Shown here piece by piece: positions 50,346 to 64,000 of a stretch of DNA of 64,000 nt. Under the pieces are notes generated by a model. It made no database searches. It was given only the letters and a program-made list of their open reading frames with translations, and was not told where the DNA came from. The stretch is from assembly GCF_963676685.1 (NCBI RefSeq), contig NC_092345.1, forward strand, positions 29,078,001 through 29,142,000, given 5' to 3'. Source of the stretch: Mytilus edulis. Taxonomy: Eukaryota. The position numbers and the translations under genes are program-made. Numbering within the stretch: position 1 is the stretch's first letter; every line of letters starts with the position of its first letter.

Positions 50346-52569
50346 TCGTTCTTATGTTGTACCGTTACACCACTGTCCAAGGTTAGGGGAGGGTTGGGAT
50401 TAACCTCGACACATTCTGTATGTATGTGCCTGTCCTGAATCAGGAGCTGTTTCTGTTTTATATATAAGACGCTTCAACTGTACAGTTGTTGCTAGGGTGC
50501 TCTTTTTGAGGTCCGCGTTTCTTGTATAAACCTTGGGTAGCTTCTTCGTTAAAGATGTCTTTTTGCCAGCTTGACAACAACAAAAACATTTAAACATTCA
50601 CCAAACTTATTCGGGCACCGAGCCGAACGTGCAAGGGCTGTAAACCTAGTGAAGGTCGTTAAACACTTCTAGCAGTAGTTAAATTTGTCATTTATACCGA
50701 AGACCACAGACAGTGAACATCGGCAAGGTTGGATAGTTATTAGTTTTAAGAAAAAAAGGGTTAGTCAAACAAAGCAAAGTGTTTGAAACCTGCTGAAAGT
50801 ATATAGAACGGCTAAGAAAGTTGGTTCGGTACAGATTGTCCAAACAGGCCTGGTGCAAAGGTTTTGCGTGACACATCTCTCAATATTGCAGTAAGTGTTT
50901 GCTGATATACTATGCTACCCTGTTGTTCCGATAGTTATAGACTTTTTTTTCAATAACGTTTCATGCGAAAGTTTACATAATTTGTTTCCTATATTCGTTT
51001 TCTAATAGGTTCCATACGTTTAGGTTTCACTCTATAGTTACAAACGTTTGGTTTAAACAAGTATCAGACTAAAGGGTTTTAAACAGTTTTAATTGTTGTT
51101 GTTGTTATTGGTTTTGGTAGGCGACTTACTTATGTAGTAATTGCGCCTTAAATTCATATAACATAAGTATTATGTATATATACTTTCAGTCCTTAATTTA
51201 TTTTTACTATTACGTTTTGGCGAGTTATTATATCAAACTTTGGCGAACATGGTTGACTGAATTACTCAGAAATATATATATATGTTGAGAGACAAAAAAA
51301 AAAAAAACCAACACCACATAACAGAAGATGCAAGAAAAAAAAAAGCAAATGATATATATAGTCCCTAATGAAATGCATTATTTATTGATAGGTATCATAA
51401 AATTGTTTAGAAATGTTATCTGATTATTCACCTTTGTGTCGTCTGTGATATACTTATACATTGTATATTTAGAAACATGTAACAAGACATGTGGTAGTTA
51501 AATGCAACCAATGTTAGGACGTCTCCCTCAATTGATGTAGCAAATAAAGAATCCTTAAAGTAAGGATTGGTTGTAGTTATTCCTTTTCCATAACGGCAAG
51601 TTGCGTCAATTTATTCCAAATAAATTTCCAAAGACATACTGGTATTTAGTGATTCCTCATTCCCTGACGAGAAAAAACACTTCCGTCATTGAACGAGGAA
51701 TCACCCCTACCTACACCCTTAATCGCCTATTTAGATCTATATATATATATATACATTATGTACACATGCAGCCATGTATCACCATCATTGATGGCGATCC
51801 GATGGATACATCTGTTGTAGAGTTGTCACTGACTCAGATGTACTTATATATATATATATAATATATAAATGGAGCAAAAATAGAAAAATATGAAAAAAAT
51901 GTATACCAGTATATTATTAAAACAATGACATTGTTTGATTTTGTTGTAAGTACAGAGAATGTCAGCGAAACAGAAGTGCTGGGATGTGCATATATATAAT
52001 TATACAATAATCTGTGTGTGTTTGTCCAACTGACATCCTCTAGTACAAATTTTAGATTTTATCATTTTATTGTTATAGAAAAGGATTTAACTCTTGTTAC
52101 TATTCTAATAATGTATGAGCGTAGTGATTGTGTTTGTGTTTGTTTATTTTTCTTATTTTCTATCAATATGAATATGACTATAGTTTTTTGGAAAAAAAAA
52201 TTTGTTTCCAGTTTTTGGAGAAAAAAATAATTTGTTTTTGATTCTGAGAAAAAAAAATGTTTGTTTTACCCTCAGCTGCCACTACATGTAATGCTAAAAT
52301 TGAAAGAAAAAAATTGTTTTCGACTTGTCGCAAAAAAAATTGATTGTTTTTCGCCACAGGCAAAAAAAAATTTGTCCAGAAAAAAAACACCATAGCCCCC
52401 CCCCCCGAAAACCAAATGGTTGCTGCCTTAGTACTGGTGTTTGAAAGGTGAATGATTTACTAATGTATAACCCAGGTAGAAAAAGTCTGTTTGAATACGC
52501 TCAATGGACTGACACAAAGGTGAAGTGTGCATTGCACTTGTGACTTGCTTGTGATTATTATATATATAT

Positions 52570-54200
52570 ATATATATATATGTAAAAAGGAAATTATTTC
52601 ATATTCGGGTGAGTTTTTCATTTATCTTTAATCTTGCTGGTTGTATACTGACTTTATGAAATAATTTATCTTAGGGACCGGACCGTCTGAGAAATAATTC
52701 ATATACACTAGTTCCAAATACATAATAGTTTGTTTTATAATCTCTAAACTAAAGCTAAATGACACTTATACATGTAGTTGAGAGTCTTCCTATTTTCTTA
52801 TAAGTATATTAGTTTCCCGTAGATAGTTATGCACGGGACTAAAGGTGTGTGTGTAACCGGATAGCAGGTGTTTCAATGAGAGATCTACGACTCCATTATT
52901 TTTAAGCGTATCAAACATCTGTTTACGTTGCGCATCATATTTTGAGCAGACTAATAGAAAGTGTACAACATCGTCTGTGACTTTGCAGTTTTCACAAATT
53001 TCACTCGGGCTTTTACCTATTTTGTGAAGATATTTATTGACATTAATAGAGCCAGATCTTAATCTGTAAATTATTCGTTCATTTTCTCTATTCATTTGTG
53101 GAATAGTAATCTTAAATGATACATTATTTTGGAAGGAGTGTAGTAATCTTCCCTTTGGGTTATCTGACCACTGTTTTTGCCAAATTTGTTTTAAAATGTT
53201 TTTTGTTAAACATTTGATGTCTTCTTTATAAAGGGGCATATGACAATCTATTGTATCTTTATTAAGAGCCACTTTGGCAGTCTGGTCTGCAATTTCGTTT
53301 CCTAAAATTCCGACGTGGCTTGGGATCCACTCAAATATTACGTTACTACCTAGTTTGACTAACTGGTTGTATAAAAATATAATGTCGTACAATAAATAAT
53401 TTTTTACCTTAAATAAATTACTCTTTAAGGCTTGGAGAGCTGATAAAGAGTCGACAAACACAATTTTAAATTCTTCTAACCATATAGGAGACAGAAACAT
53501 TGCCATAAGCTCACATGTGAAAATTGACATATTCTTAGGCAGTTTGAAACCTTTTTTTATTCCCATTTCAGGTATTGCAAATGCACATGAGGTTTTATTA
53601 GAATTTGGATCTTTAGATCCGTCCGTATATATTTTTAAAAACTGGCAGTACTGCGTATCAATCATGAAGTTACTTTCACTTCGAATTTAGTGTGGATTGT
53701 CCTTTTTCGAGATGAGATTTGAGAGTTGTGTACATACACGGGGTTTAGTCAAATGCCAAGGGGGTGTTGGGACTTGTTTGTATTTATATATTTGGTTAAT
53801 ATCTACATCATGTTGATTAATCATATCTTTTGAAACAATAAAATATGGTTTTTTATTCTGTTTTATTTCCCTGGAGTAGCAAAGAAATGTTGCCTTTTTT
53901 GCCAAACTTTCCTTAGTTGGATGGTTGTCTTCATGACTAGATATATTTAAAAACGATTTTGTAATAAGGCACTGCCTACGTTCTTCGTAGGGTGGGTCAC
54001 CCATTTCTACTTGCAGTCCACTTGTGGCTACATTTTTATATGCACCGGTACAAATTCGAAGTGCTTGACTTTGCACCCGGTCCAGTATTTTCTTTACGGA
54101 ATGTGAGGCGGAATTATATACTTCACATCCGTAGTCTATTTTAGATCTTATAAGTGCAGTATATATGTTTCTAAGAGAATGGCTGTTTGCTCCCCACTTT
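52570..54200 (-). mobile_element. 5'-truncated I-group LINE: RT thumb, RNase H, zinc knuckle
   Basis: IRSKIDYGCEVY...QSQALRICTGA; IYTDGSK...CELMA...FVDSLSAL...WIPSHVGILGNEIADQTAK; CENC...VHFLLVC (ORFs 53687-54076 and 52790-53665). Confidence 0.9.
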
Positions 54201-54715
54201 TTAATTCAGTTTTAATTCATCAGGTTCGGGTTGGGTTGATGGGTGTCGAAATTCAATTGATGTAGTATTTTTTTTTATCTTTAATAGTATATCGTAAACT
54301 GTTTGACTAAAAAATGTTGCATTGCTCTTCAAATATCAGGAACTGGTACGAAACCGAGGATAACATGTCTAAACGCCCAGTTATACGTTCCATTTATATT
54401 TTAAGATTTTTTATTTTCATCAAGATGAGTTTTAGCAGGATGTATTACTTCTGCTTCGTTATTGTCATTATCAGCATATTATAGTTTACTGCTCATAATA
54501 CTGATATTTAAGTGAAATATTGAGAACATACCACCTGTATAACCACAATAAAGTTCTTCATCATTATTTCACTAAGCATAACTATCAATAATAATATCAC
54601 AATTGTTGACATTGGATTCTATAGAGCTAGATCTTTTTTTATAACCAATAACGTTTATAACAATATAAATGACTGTCTGCTTGTCAGAATACGTTTGTAC
54701 ATAATAATAAGTTAA

Positions 54716-55288
54716 GGTTCGTCATAACTTTTTGACTAATATGGCCGTATTTACATCACAAATTTAAATCTGAGTACAAAAAAAACTATACAACTGCAAA
54801 ATTTTTAGGGCTTGCAGGAACTAGATAATTGAATTTTTTAATGCATTTTATGTTTCAGAAAGCTATAAACTTTTTTCGGATTTTGCTATTCATTTTGATT
54901 TCATTCCGGCAGAAGGTGCCAAAATAAACTAAGTTTGGAAAGAGTTTTGAGAATTTCCCCTCATATAATACATGTTGGGAGTAATATTGATTCAAATGCA
55001 AAATAGATGGAAAATAGACATCTGCAAACAATAGATTTAAACTGTTTAACTGATTGGACCGTATCAAATTCGTGTGTTTGTTTATTTTGCTATCTTCTGC
55101 TTACTAGAAAAAGGTGCACACCAAAATCCAGGTAAGTCTTTAATTTTCTGAACTTAGACTATATATAGCTATTATATGACTAGTTCCTGCTATGCCTTAA
55201 GACTTTCCAAGATATATCAGTTTGTCTGTACTCAAAGAAGATTTTGTGGTGTAAACACGGCCATATTTTCAATTCTTTATGATGAACC
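54716..55288. mobile_element. Old Kolobok-like MITE
   Basis: TTAA|GGTTC(G/A)TCATAA...TTATGATGAACC|TTAA with ~110-bp imperfect inverted arms. Confidence 0.65.
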
Positions 55289-55745
55289 TTAAGATTGTAG
55301 TAGGTTTGACCTTCTCATGACGATCAACCCGTTTGAATAACTTCCGCGTAAAGGATACTTACATTGAATGACATACACAACAGTGAGAAAAGCGAGACCT
55401 GTACACAATTCACTATGTAACTCAATGGACCGTGCCAAATGAAATTCAACTGTTTGTTTGACAGTTTTCTTTAGATGGAAAACATTGCACAACAAAATGC
55501 AGGTAAGCAGTTTACTTTGTGAAAAAACAAAATGCTTATAACATGTATAACTTTAATATATGTTCCACTTTTTCTTTGACTACTCCGACTCTGTGTAAAT
55601 TTTGAGGTGTAGATAAGACAGGAACCTCAATATATTCTTTGCAATTGTGTTTTTTAACTCTTTATGAATGTTATGTCGAAACACTATTTCTTAATAAGTA
55701 TACAAAACTGACAATTTCTGCATTGCCCATTAGAGAAAATAGAAG

Positions 55746-57110
55746 AAAGTAAAATCACAAAAATACTGAACTTAGAGGAAGATCAATTGGGAAAGTCCAT
55801 AATCACATGGCAAAATCAAATAACAAAACGCATCAAAAACGAATGGACAAAAACTGTCATATTCCTGACTTGGTACAGGCATTTTCAAATGTAGAAAATG
55901 GTGGATTAAACCTGGTTCTATAGCGCTAACCCTCTCACTTTAATGACAGTCTCATCAATTTCCGATATTTTTACATTGATGCGTAAAATAAACAGACACA
56001 ATAAATATAATAGTCAAAATATGGGTACATCAGTCATCATCGTTTAACAATTTTAAAAGGAACAATTTAACAGAACACAAAAACATCTACTATCTACGAA
56101 CACATTTATTGAGTGTCTGACGTCAGAAAATTTTATACGTCACATAAATTTGTCGTTCAATGTGCGTACAAACAATATTAAAATTTTCATGGGAATGTTA
56201 GCATATAGGGTTAAAAAATCAAAAGTATGTAAGAATAAATTGAAATAAAAATAAAAATGTAAAGAAGAAATAGACCGAGATTTAAACTACTCCAAAAGTT
56301 ATATATAGAATTTATAAGAATCCAAAAATAGTTAATACCACTACGCGATTGAATGATTTTGACGTTTGTGGTTCAACGTATATTGTAATTCATAATAGAA
56401 ATATATCATAATGACATATAATAGAACAATATCATACTGACGGGATCTTTTAAAGTACAGAGTCACGTTATAAGAACAAAAGAAACACAAAAAGACGCAT
56501 ATACAAAATGCACCAGCAAAAATGATAGATAATACAAACACATTGACGGGATGTATAAGTACCGAGCCACGTCAAATGGATATCACAGAAAGCAATCCAA
56601 ATAGTAAAAGTTATACTAATGATAGAACAAAGATAAATGAAAGAACAATATAACACGTTATTAAGATGATAAACAACGTCAGTACGCAGAATCTATACAT
56701 CAAGACCATCATGTATTATTTATGAAGTTGATACGGAATATTTATCAACAAGGTCTTGGTACCTTTCGATGAACTTTTTTTTAGAAAAAGGACGAGACGT
56801 TCTTTAATATACCCTTGGTTCATAAACTTTCTACTCAGACACTAGTGACGTTTTACAAAGTCTGAGTAGAAGCTGCAAGCTCTTGGATATCGAATAAGTT
56901 GGGAAATGTATATCCCATATGCAGGTGAAGTTGGTATATAGCAACTAAGGTGGGGGAAATTTATATTTTCAAAATTAAAATCGTCTCGTTTGTCATAGAT
57001 TCTGGTACTGAAATGACTGTGTATGTCAAATTCGAGATATCAGTCTAAAAATTAGGCGGAGGAGGCCGTGTCTGTTGTTTCTTTAATTTCTAGTTCTAGT
57101 TCTAGTTTCT
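55746..57110 (-). mobile_element. 5'-truncated Penelope-like retroelement (family A), RT C-terminus plus long 3' UTR
   Basis: The minus strand reads ELEIKETTDTASSA...TRIYDKRDDFNF..INFPHL..IPTSPAYGIYISQLIRY.RAC with internal stops. No endonuclease is visible after the RT. Confidence 0.85.
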
Positions 57111-57274
57111 AAACTATCTTGTGTATTTCTTTCTCGTCGATTTAAAAGATTTGAACATCAATTTACTACGATTGTGTAAGCGCGATGGTGAATAGGGTAT
57201 GCTACTACTGAAATTGAAAAATTGCGTCAGTAGTATCATTCTTGTCAAGACCACTGGAAAAAATGAGCTGAAAG

Positions 57275-58297
57275 TACTACAGGCAAAATTTGCTCACATG
57301 AATTTCACATGAAAAATTTCACGTGAGATTCACCTCAATCGAGCTTATACATGAAACTCACGTGCAAATGTTCATGTGAATTTCACGTGAATTGAGATTC
57401 ACATGAATCTGATGTAAATTTTTTCACATGAATTTCACGTGAAATTTACAACAAAATTTGATATTTAAAGAAGTAGGTCCGGTAAGGACCGATTTTGGCC
57501 TCAAATTTCAAGTTCATCTAACGAAAGATTTTGAACACTTTTTAAACACTTAAGTGTCTATTTTAATTGATTCAATAAGTTTTTGGGAAAGATTTTAACT
57601 GATTTAGTCAATAAAAACGCTCCAATTCAAGCTTAGATATGAAAAATCCATCAAATATGCCAAAAAACGTCACTTTTCAGTTGGTTTTTTTTTCAAAAAT
57701 GAAAGTGGCCGCATCCGTGTTCATCCTCAACCTTTATGTATGTTATGTATTATCACCAAATACAACTTAAATTTCAATATTATGAATGAACACGAATGCG
57801 GCCACTTTCATTTAAGACGGAAACCGTCTAAAATTTAACTAAAATGCTAAAATTGTGAAGATTTCAGTAATTTAGCATGACTTAATGATGCTAGTGCCCG
57901 ATATATGTACATTGTATTGTCAAAACAGCCCATATTTATGTAGCAGAAACATTCTACTTTCCAGTAAATATCTAAAAGATTACATTTTCACAATTTTGTA
58001 AAACTGCTATATTTTGGGGTCAAAAAGGTGTCTTACTGAACCTACTCCTTTGAAAATTTAGATGTTATTTGAAATGCTCTATTTTGAAAATTCATGTGAA
58101 TTTCACATGAAAAATATTTACGCGATTTTCATATGAAATTCACATGAGTTTCAAATGATATTCACGTGAAACTCACAAAAACTGATTGCACGTGAGTTTC
58201 ACGTATAAGCTCATTTGAGGTGAAATTCGTGTTCACGTGAGATTCACATGAATTTAAATTCACGTGAAATTCATGTGAGTGAAATTTGCCTGTGTAG
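57275..58297. mobile_element. MITE rich in CACGTG/CACATG subterminal repeats
   Basis: Inverted ends ctac(ac)aggcaaa(a)ttt..ctcacatgaatttcac and many TTCAC(G/A)TGAA units. Confidence 0.7.
57469..58049. mobile_element. Kolobok-like MITE nested in the E-box-rich MITE
   Basis: TTAA|AG(A/G)AGTAGGT.C.GTAAG...CTTAC.G.ACCTACTCCT|TTGA, with internal inverted repeats. Confidence 0.7.
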
Positions 58298-59065
58298 CTG
58301 ATAAGTGTTATTGAGTGACAGGACATCATCTACAAATCAGAAATTGAGATTATAGAACTTAGAAAGATGCTTTATCTTTTTTTTTTTTTTTATCTCTATC
58401 AGCTTTTGTCTGAATTTTGCATAATATGAAAATGAAAATAAAACTTCAAGCAGGAAGAGAAACCCAGTTGATAACCTAAAGAAATTGTTACGTTTGTTGG
58501 GCATATTTTTTCGACATTATTGGCATGTTAGGTTTTGAAACTGAATTTATCAGCAAGCAAGCACGCCAAATTTACCACTGTTATTTGTTTTTTAGTCGTG
58601 TTAATATATTTACAATAACGACTTTTTATGTTTATGATTGCAACTATGGAGTCGGTAATCCTATAATATAAGACATTGAAATGTGCAATTCAATTTCAGA
58701 CTTTGATATATTAAGAATGTGTAAATATAAATTCATTCAAAACCAAATGCCGTAAATTGAACCAAGTGTGAGTTTTGACAAATAATATTTTGGATAATGA
58801 ATCAAAGAGAGATCCTGCAGTGTTGGAAAAGTATAAAAACAATTAAGGAACTTTCATCAAAACTGCTGTGAAACTTATTTTTGTATTCTTTAAACTAATA
58901 AACTAATAAAATTCGTATTGTGACAGAGTAAATTTATATTTGTTTTTAGAAATCTGCCTACCCGTCCGGAGCACCTGAGATCACTCCCGGTGTTTGGTGG
59001 GTAACGTGTTGCTCAACCGTTAGTTTTAAATGATTGTTTTGTATTAAATTATATACTGATGTTTA

Positions 59066-59985
59066 AAATTGAAAATGGAAATGGGGAATGTGCCAAAGAG
59101 ACAACAACCAGACCATAGAAAAAAACAACAGCAGAAGGTCACCAACAGGTCTTCAATGTAGCGAGAAATTCCCGCACCCGGAGGCGTCCTTCAAATGGCC
59201 CCTAAACAAATATATACTAGTTCAGTGATAATGAACGCCATACTCATTTCCAAATTGTACACAAGAAACTAAAATTAAAATAATACAAGACTAACAAAGG
59301 CCAGAGGCTCCTGACTTGGGACAGGCGCAAAAATGCGGCGGGGTTAAACATGTTTGTGAGATCTCAACCCGCCCCCTATACCTCTAGCCAATGTAGAGTA
59401 TTAAACGCATAACAATACGCACATTAAAATTCAGTTCAAGAGAAGTCCGAGTCTGATGTCAGAAGATGTAACCAAAGAAAATAAACAAAATGACAATAAT
59501 ACATAAATAACAACAGACTACTAGCAGTTAACTGACATGCCAGCTCCAGACTTCAATTAAACTGACTGAAAGATTATGATTTCATCATATGAACATCAGG
59601 CACAATCCTTCCCGTTAGGGTTTTAGTATCATACCATCATAAAATACATGAGAAGAACATAACCCGTGTCATGCCAACAACTGGTTTTTGAATAAATGTG
59701 TTTAGTTCCGATGCAAAGACCCTATAAGTGAATCAATATTAACGCCAAAATATGCAATCTTTAATGACCTGACAACAGTATCGTAACTATATCCCTTCTT
59801 AATAAGTCTATTCAAAGGTTTTGTTAGTTTTTGAGGTGAATACTGACACCTTTGTGCTTTATAAAGAATATTTCCATAAAAAATTGGATGTGAAATACCT
59901 GAACGTATAAGAAGTCTGCATGTTGAGCTATATTTACGAATGATGTCCTTATACCGATGATAAAATTTAGTAAATGTTTTGACAG
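59066..59985 (-). mobile_element. Repeat family B copy (longest in window)
   Basis: Highly similar to 23597-24305. A short inverted fragment is at ~61080-61205. Confidence 0.8.
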
Positions 59986-60274
59986 TTTGCGATATCTTAC
60001 GGATTGGTTTTTTTTTGCCTGAGCATTGTCAGTTTGTTGTCGACTAATGCGTTTGAATGGTATTGATGACCACACTGAAATAATTAACTGTATATCTCAA
60101 ACAAACCAAAAAATACTGTAAAATGTAGAAATTTGCATTCGTGTGTGAAATACCAACTTTTTTTTTATATTTGTTTTCAATTAAAGATTGTTTGTAAAAA
60201 TAGTTTGTCAAAATCGCAGTGCGAGCTAAAGGAATTTATTATTAACAATACCAAATGTTCGACATTTTAAAATG

Positions 60275-60540
60275 ATTGATTTGATTGATATGATTTTTTG
60301 TGTTTTAACGCCACTTTTAAGCACCGCATTTAGGCTATTTCGTGGCGGCCAGTTCATATTGGTGGAGGAAGTCGGAGTACCCAGAGATAACCACCGACCT
60401 TCGATTGGAAAACTGACAATCCTAGTCAATTAAGATTGGAGTCGAGTGCAACCGCATAAGTGGGGTTCGAACTCACAACCTCAGTGTTGACTTGCTAATG
60501 ATTACAGTAGTAACCACTAAGACCACTCGGCCACCGAGGA
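60275..60540 (-). mobile_element. tRNA-derived SINE with a V-domain-like core
   Basis: The minus strand has an A-box TGGCCGAGTGG, a B-box GAGTTCGAACC, a core GGTCGGTGGTT.TCTCTGGGTACTCCG.CTTCCTCCACC and an (ATCA)n-like tail. Confidence 0.8.
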
Positions 60541-62053
60541 CCGTTATATATTTAAAAAATGATCTAGGAAGCTTGAAATCAAAAAGAAACACCTACAACT
60601 TCGACAGTTTGGCTATGTTGAAATACCAAAATTTGTATATTTGTATGCAATTATAGAAAGTTTGTAAAAATAATTTGTTAAAATTGCAGTTGGATGTTCG
60701 ATATTATATTCAAATTAAAATATTTATTGCCGTATACATTTTTAACATTAAGTTTGTGACATTAAAATGATGTAGGCAAGTGGAACTAAAAAAAAGAGAC
60801 CCGTACAACAGTTTAACTTTGTGGAAAGATTCAAAGGCTATCTTGAAAATAATCAGTGAGGTAATATGAATACAAGGAATGCTTGCCCCACCTTTTTGTT
60901 AAAATATTTAACCAGTAGATAAAGGTCGTTCAACAGCGTTAAACCAGGTCATATGGTCCATATTGTATGATTATACCTATAATCTACTTTTAAAATAAAC
61001 AAAAAAAGATATTTAGTAAGCGGGACGTCAATTTTCGCTTAACTAGTATTATACATTACAGTTGAGGGGCAAAATGAAGCCAACATTCGGGTGCAGAATA
61101 TTGTTGCCGTGTTGAAAAGACCATTGGTGGCCTTATGCTGTTTTCTGCACTTTGTTCGGGTTGTTTTCTCTTTCGTACATTCACGGTTTCAATTCTCAAT
61201 TTTATTCTTATCAAATCATAGTTTAAAATAGACAAAGACTTTGCGTATAGACCTTTCTATTTTTAAATGGGAACATTCTCGCATGTTCCTTCCTGGAGTT
61301 AGATGCAACATTTCAGTAACACAAGCTCTAAAGTTGATTCAATGTTGACTTGCGTTCTACTTTAGGTACAATCTGTCAGCCTATCAAGGCTAAATATTTC
61401 TCAATCATCAAGATCATGTTATCATTGCTATATTGTTATTTAGATTTTACAATTAATAAATTAATAGTGTTGAATTCCATCTGACTGAGTACCTTATTTT
61501 TGTTATTCTTTTCTTTATTGTACAGTTATCGTGTATATCAAGTAAAATTTTGTGAAAATCATAGAATTAACATCACAAAAGTAGGTATTAGATATTTTTG
61601 TTAAACATTAACAGTGTCAGCCTTTAACAAAAGTAACATATTTTTTTTCAGTTTAATAATTGCAGATTCAATCAGTAACTAATAATCTCATTTTACTAAA
61701 AAAAAATAATACAATTTTAAATATAACAAAAACTAAAACAAAACTCTTTAAACAAAAAGTGTTTCTCGTCATCATTTTGTAAGTGCATCGATTGTATGCT
61801 TGACCTTGGCAGATACATCAAACAATTCAATTTACTTTAAAGCTATAAATCAAAATAGTACGGAAGCACATGTATTTGTTTTGGTAAAACTATAACAGGT
61901 ATTGTATGTATCGTATGAGTTTGGCTCGTGTTTCTCGTGCTTGCTGTTTGATATAAACTTAATGTTATTTATAATGTTATTATTCGAAGTTATGCCTAGC
62001 TTACACTGAGTATGATACTCCGTACTAAGTCTACTACATTTCCTGTATTTACC

Positions 62054-64000
62054 ATGACAGACGACCGTTCGGAAAACGAATACGAATTACTACTACATGA
62101 GTCTACAACTCCTTTAGTTATTGATAGCGGAGCTGCATTTCCTAGTTTGCCTGTACCACTTCCGTCGACAGCAACACAGCAATAAGCGCCACAGAAACAA
62201 ATAAGTTACAACAGCTTTCAACTGTTTACGTCGTACTTCGATTCCAAAATATCTTCACTGAAGAACGATTTAGTTTTGGGCAACTAAGCTGAAAAAGGAA
62301 GCGTCTGTGAAACTAAAGAGTGAAGGTAAACAAATTCAATTTACTTTTAATTCCGAAGTCCTTGATGATGACCTACATACGCTGCAAAAACGTTTTTTGT
62401 AGCAAATTTTGGCTTCTATAAATTTAGTTTCTGGACTTATCTTAAAGTTGAAAAAAGAAATAAACTCATCAGAATAGCTGATAAATCTCCTGCTGGTTGG
62501 ACGACAGTTCGTGAGTACGAGAGTGACGTAATCAATTTCAGATGACGAGAAAAGACTCCGACAAGCTGAAAGCATAGCTCTCAAAACCATCAAGGAGAAT
62601 AAAAGTGGTACAAAACTTACGCTAAGCCTTCAGCTTCTGGTTCCAGACCGCCTACTTATACTGCAGATATGCTTCATCAACAGTACAACCAACCGCCCTT
62701 TCGGAAGAACTTTCGCGAAAAGCAACTTCCTTTGACATGTGTTATGAATGGCACAAATTTGGACACTGAATGACAAACTGTCCCAATAGAAGCAGCAAGC
62801 CATTAACACCAAAGAACCAGTAACATAAGATTAAAGATAAGTATCTTAATTTAGTTGGTGAATATTTGTTGCATGGGCACATGAATATATTTTTCGAACA
62901 TGTTAAGTATTTTGATAAAGTTGATTTTTCAGAATTCGCCAAAGGCGTCAAAAGTAGTTTATCTAAAAATGTAGCTTTTGGGTAGCACATTGGAGCAAGC
63001 TTTATAATTAATACTATAAAATCAAATTATATGATTCCTTTTGTGAGTTTATCACCTCCTATGAAATTCCGCAATAATGAATATGATGTTGATAATACTG
63101 ATTTTGTAAACAAAGCTGTTATCGACCTTTCGGAAAATGGATGCATGCGCGAAGTACCATTCCAGCCTTTTGTTGTAAATCTGTTAAGTGTTGCCATTCA
63201 AAAGTTTGGGGAAAAGACATTGATATAAGATATATCTGAATTGAATCGATACGTTTTGAAAAATAAAATAAAATTCAAAGATTGGAAAGTTGCTCAACAT
63301 TTTTTTAAGAAAGAAATATACCTTATTAAATTTGATTAGGATAGTTTCATTTTGACATCTACAAAGAGCAACATTCATATTTAGGGTTCTCTTGGAACAA
63401 AAAGTTTCATAGTTTTTCAGTTTAAGATTTGTTTTCAGTTCAGCGCCTAACATTTTAACAAAATGTTTCCGACTTATGGTTAAATACTGGCGTGAAAATG
63501 GTCTAGATATAGTGCTTTATCTAGATGATGGTTGATGTATGTCAGAGGGGTATTTATAATATCAAAATATATCCTATAAAGCCCTCAATGAAATTAGCTG
63601 GATTTTGGATAAATGAACAAAAATCTATTTTTGATACAGTTCAACGCTTTGAATGGCTCGGATGAATATGGGATTCTGTAAGCTTCAGTTAATCAGTATC
63701 TTAACGTAGATTGAATGATGTAAAAGAATCGCTTGACAAATAAAAGTGTTCGTCACTTAGCATAGTTCACAGGTAAAAATTATTTCTTTGTCTCCAGTTA
63801 TGGGAAATGTCATAAGTCTAAGACAAGGCATTTATATTTTGCAATTGAGAACAGAAAATATTGGGATAGTAATTTAGATATTGCTTACACTAATCATGTG
63901 ATTGTCATTTAGATATTGCTTAGACTGATAGTGTATTAGCAGTGTTCAGATTTTGGTCAGACAGTTTGACAAATAAAATAATGTGTTTCCTGGATAAAAA
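62054..64000 (+). pseudogene. Decayed DIRS/Ngaro-type (tyrosine-recombinase) retrotransposon: gag-like and RT remnants, running off the window
   Basis: IRIADKSPAGWTTVREYES...SDDEKRLRQAE (62468-62575). RT pieces PFVVNLLSV, LNRYV.K.KIKF.DW, SSAPNILTK, VKYWRENGLDIVLYLDDG (YLDD at 63518-63529). Many stops and frameshifts. Confidence 0.75.

Noticed and set aside
55475-55502. Possible 28-nt exon (ttttctttag|ATGGAA...GCAG|gtaagc)
   Set aside because: Splice signals are good, but no partner exons or recognisable protein were found; it cannot be supported without RNA data.

Overview
AT-rich, intron-containing animal DNA. The repeat families and B-box gene type point to a mytilid bivalve, which is an inference. 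Two systems stand out. (1) A tandemly duplicated chimeric gene (copies at ~1-11.5 kb and ~26.1-39.4 kb). A RING-less TRIM-type B-box1/B-box2/coiled-coil exon ends in ...KTDQ|GT and can splice in frame onto three exons encoding a divergent SURF4/Erv29 ER cargo-receptor membrane domain. The paralogues differ most in predicted loops, and each has a different lesion in the last exon. (2) A complete but decayed P-superfamily DNA transposon (40546-49177, 8-bp TSD AATTTGTC, ~530-bp TIRs) with two convergent genes. One is a P transposase with an RFX-like winged helix where THAP normally sits. The other is a ~1,075-aa Pif1 helicase-acidic-SAP-like-PHD polyprotein. The rest of the window is a dense mosaic of mobile DNA: a seven-level nested insertion at 14.3-20.7 kb, hAT-, Kolobok-, Ginger- and Sola-type MITEs, Penelope-like RT fragments, hammerhead-ribozyme (retrozyme-type) repeats, tRNA-derived SINEs, an RNase H-bearing LINE fragment and a decayed DIRS/Ngaro-type element at the right edge. 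No CRISPR array, rRNA or intact tRNA gene was seen. All family assignments come from reading motifs by eye; no database searches were run.
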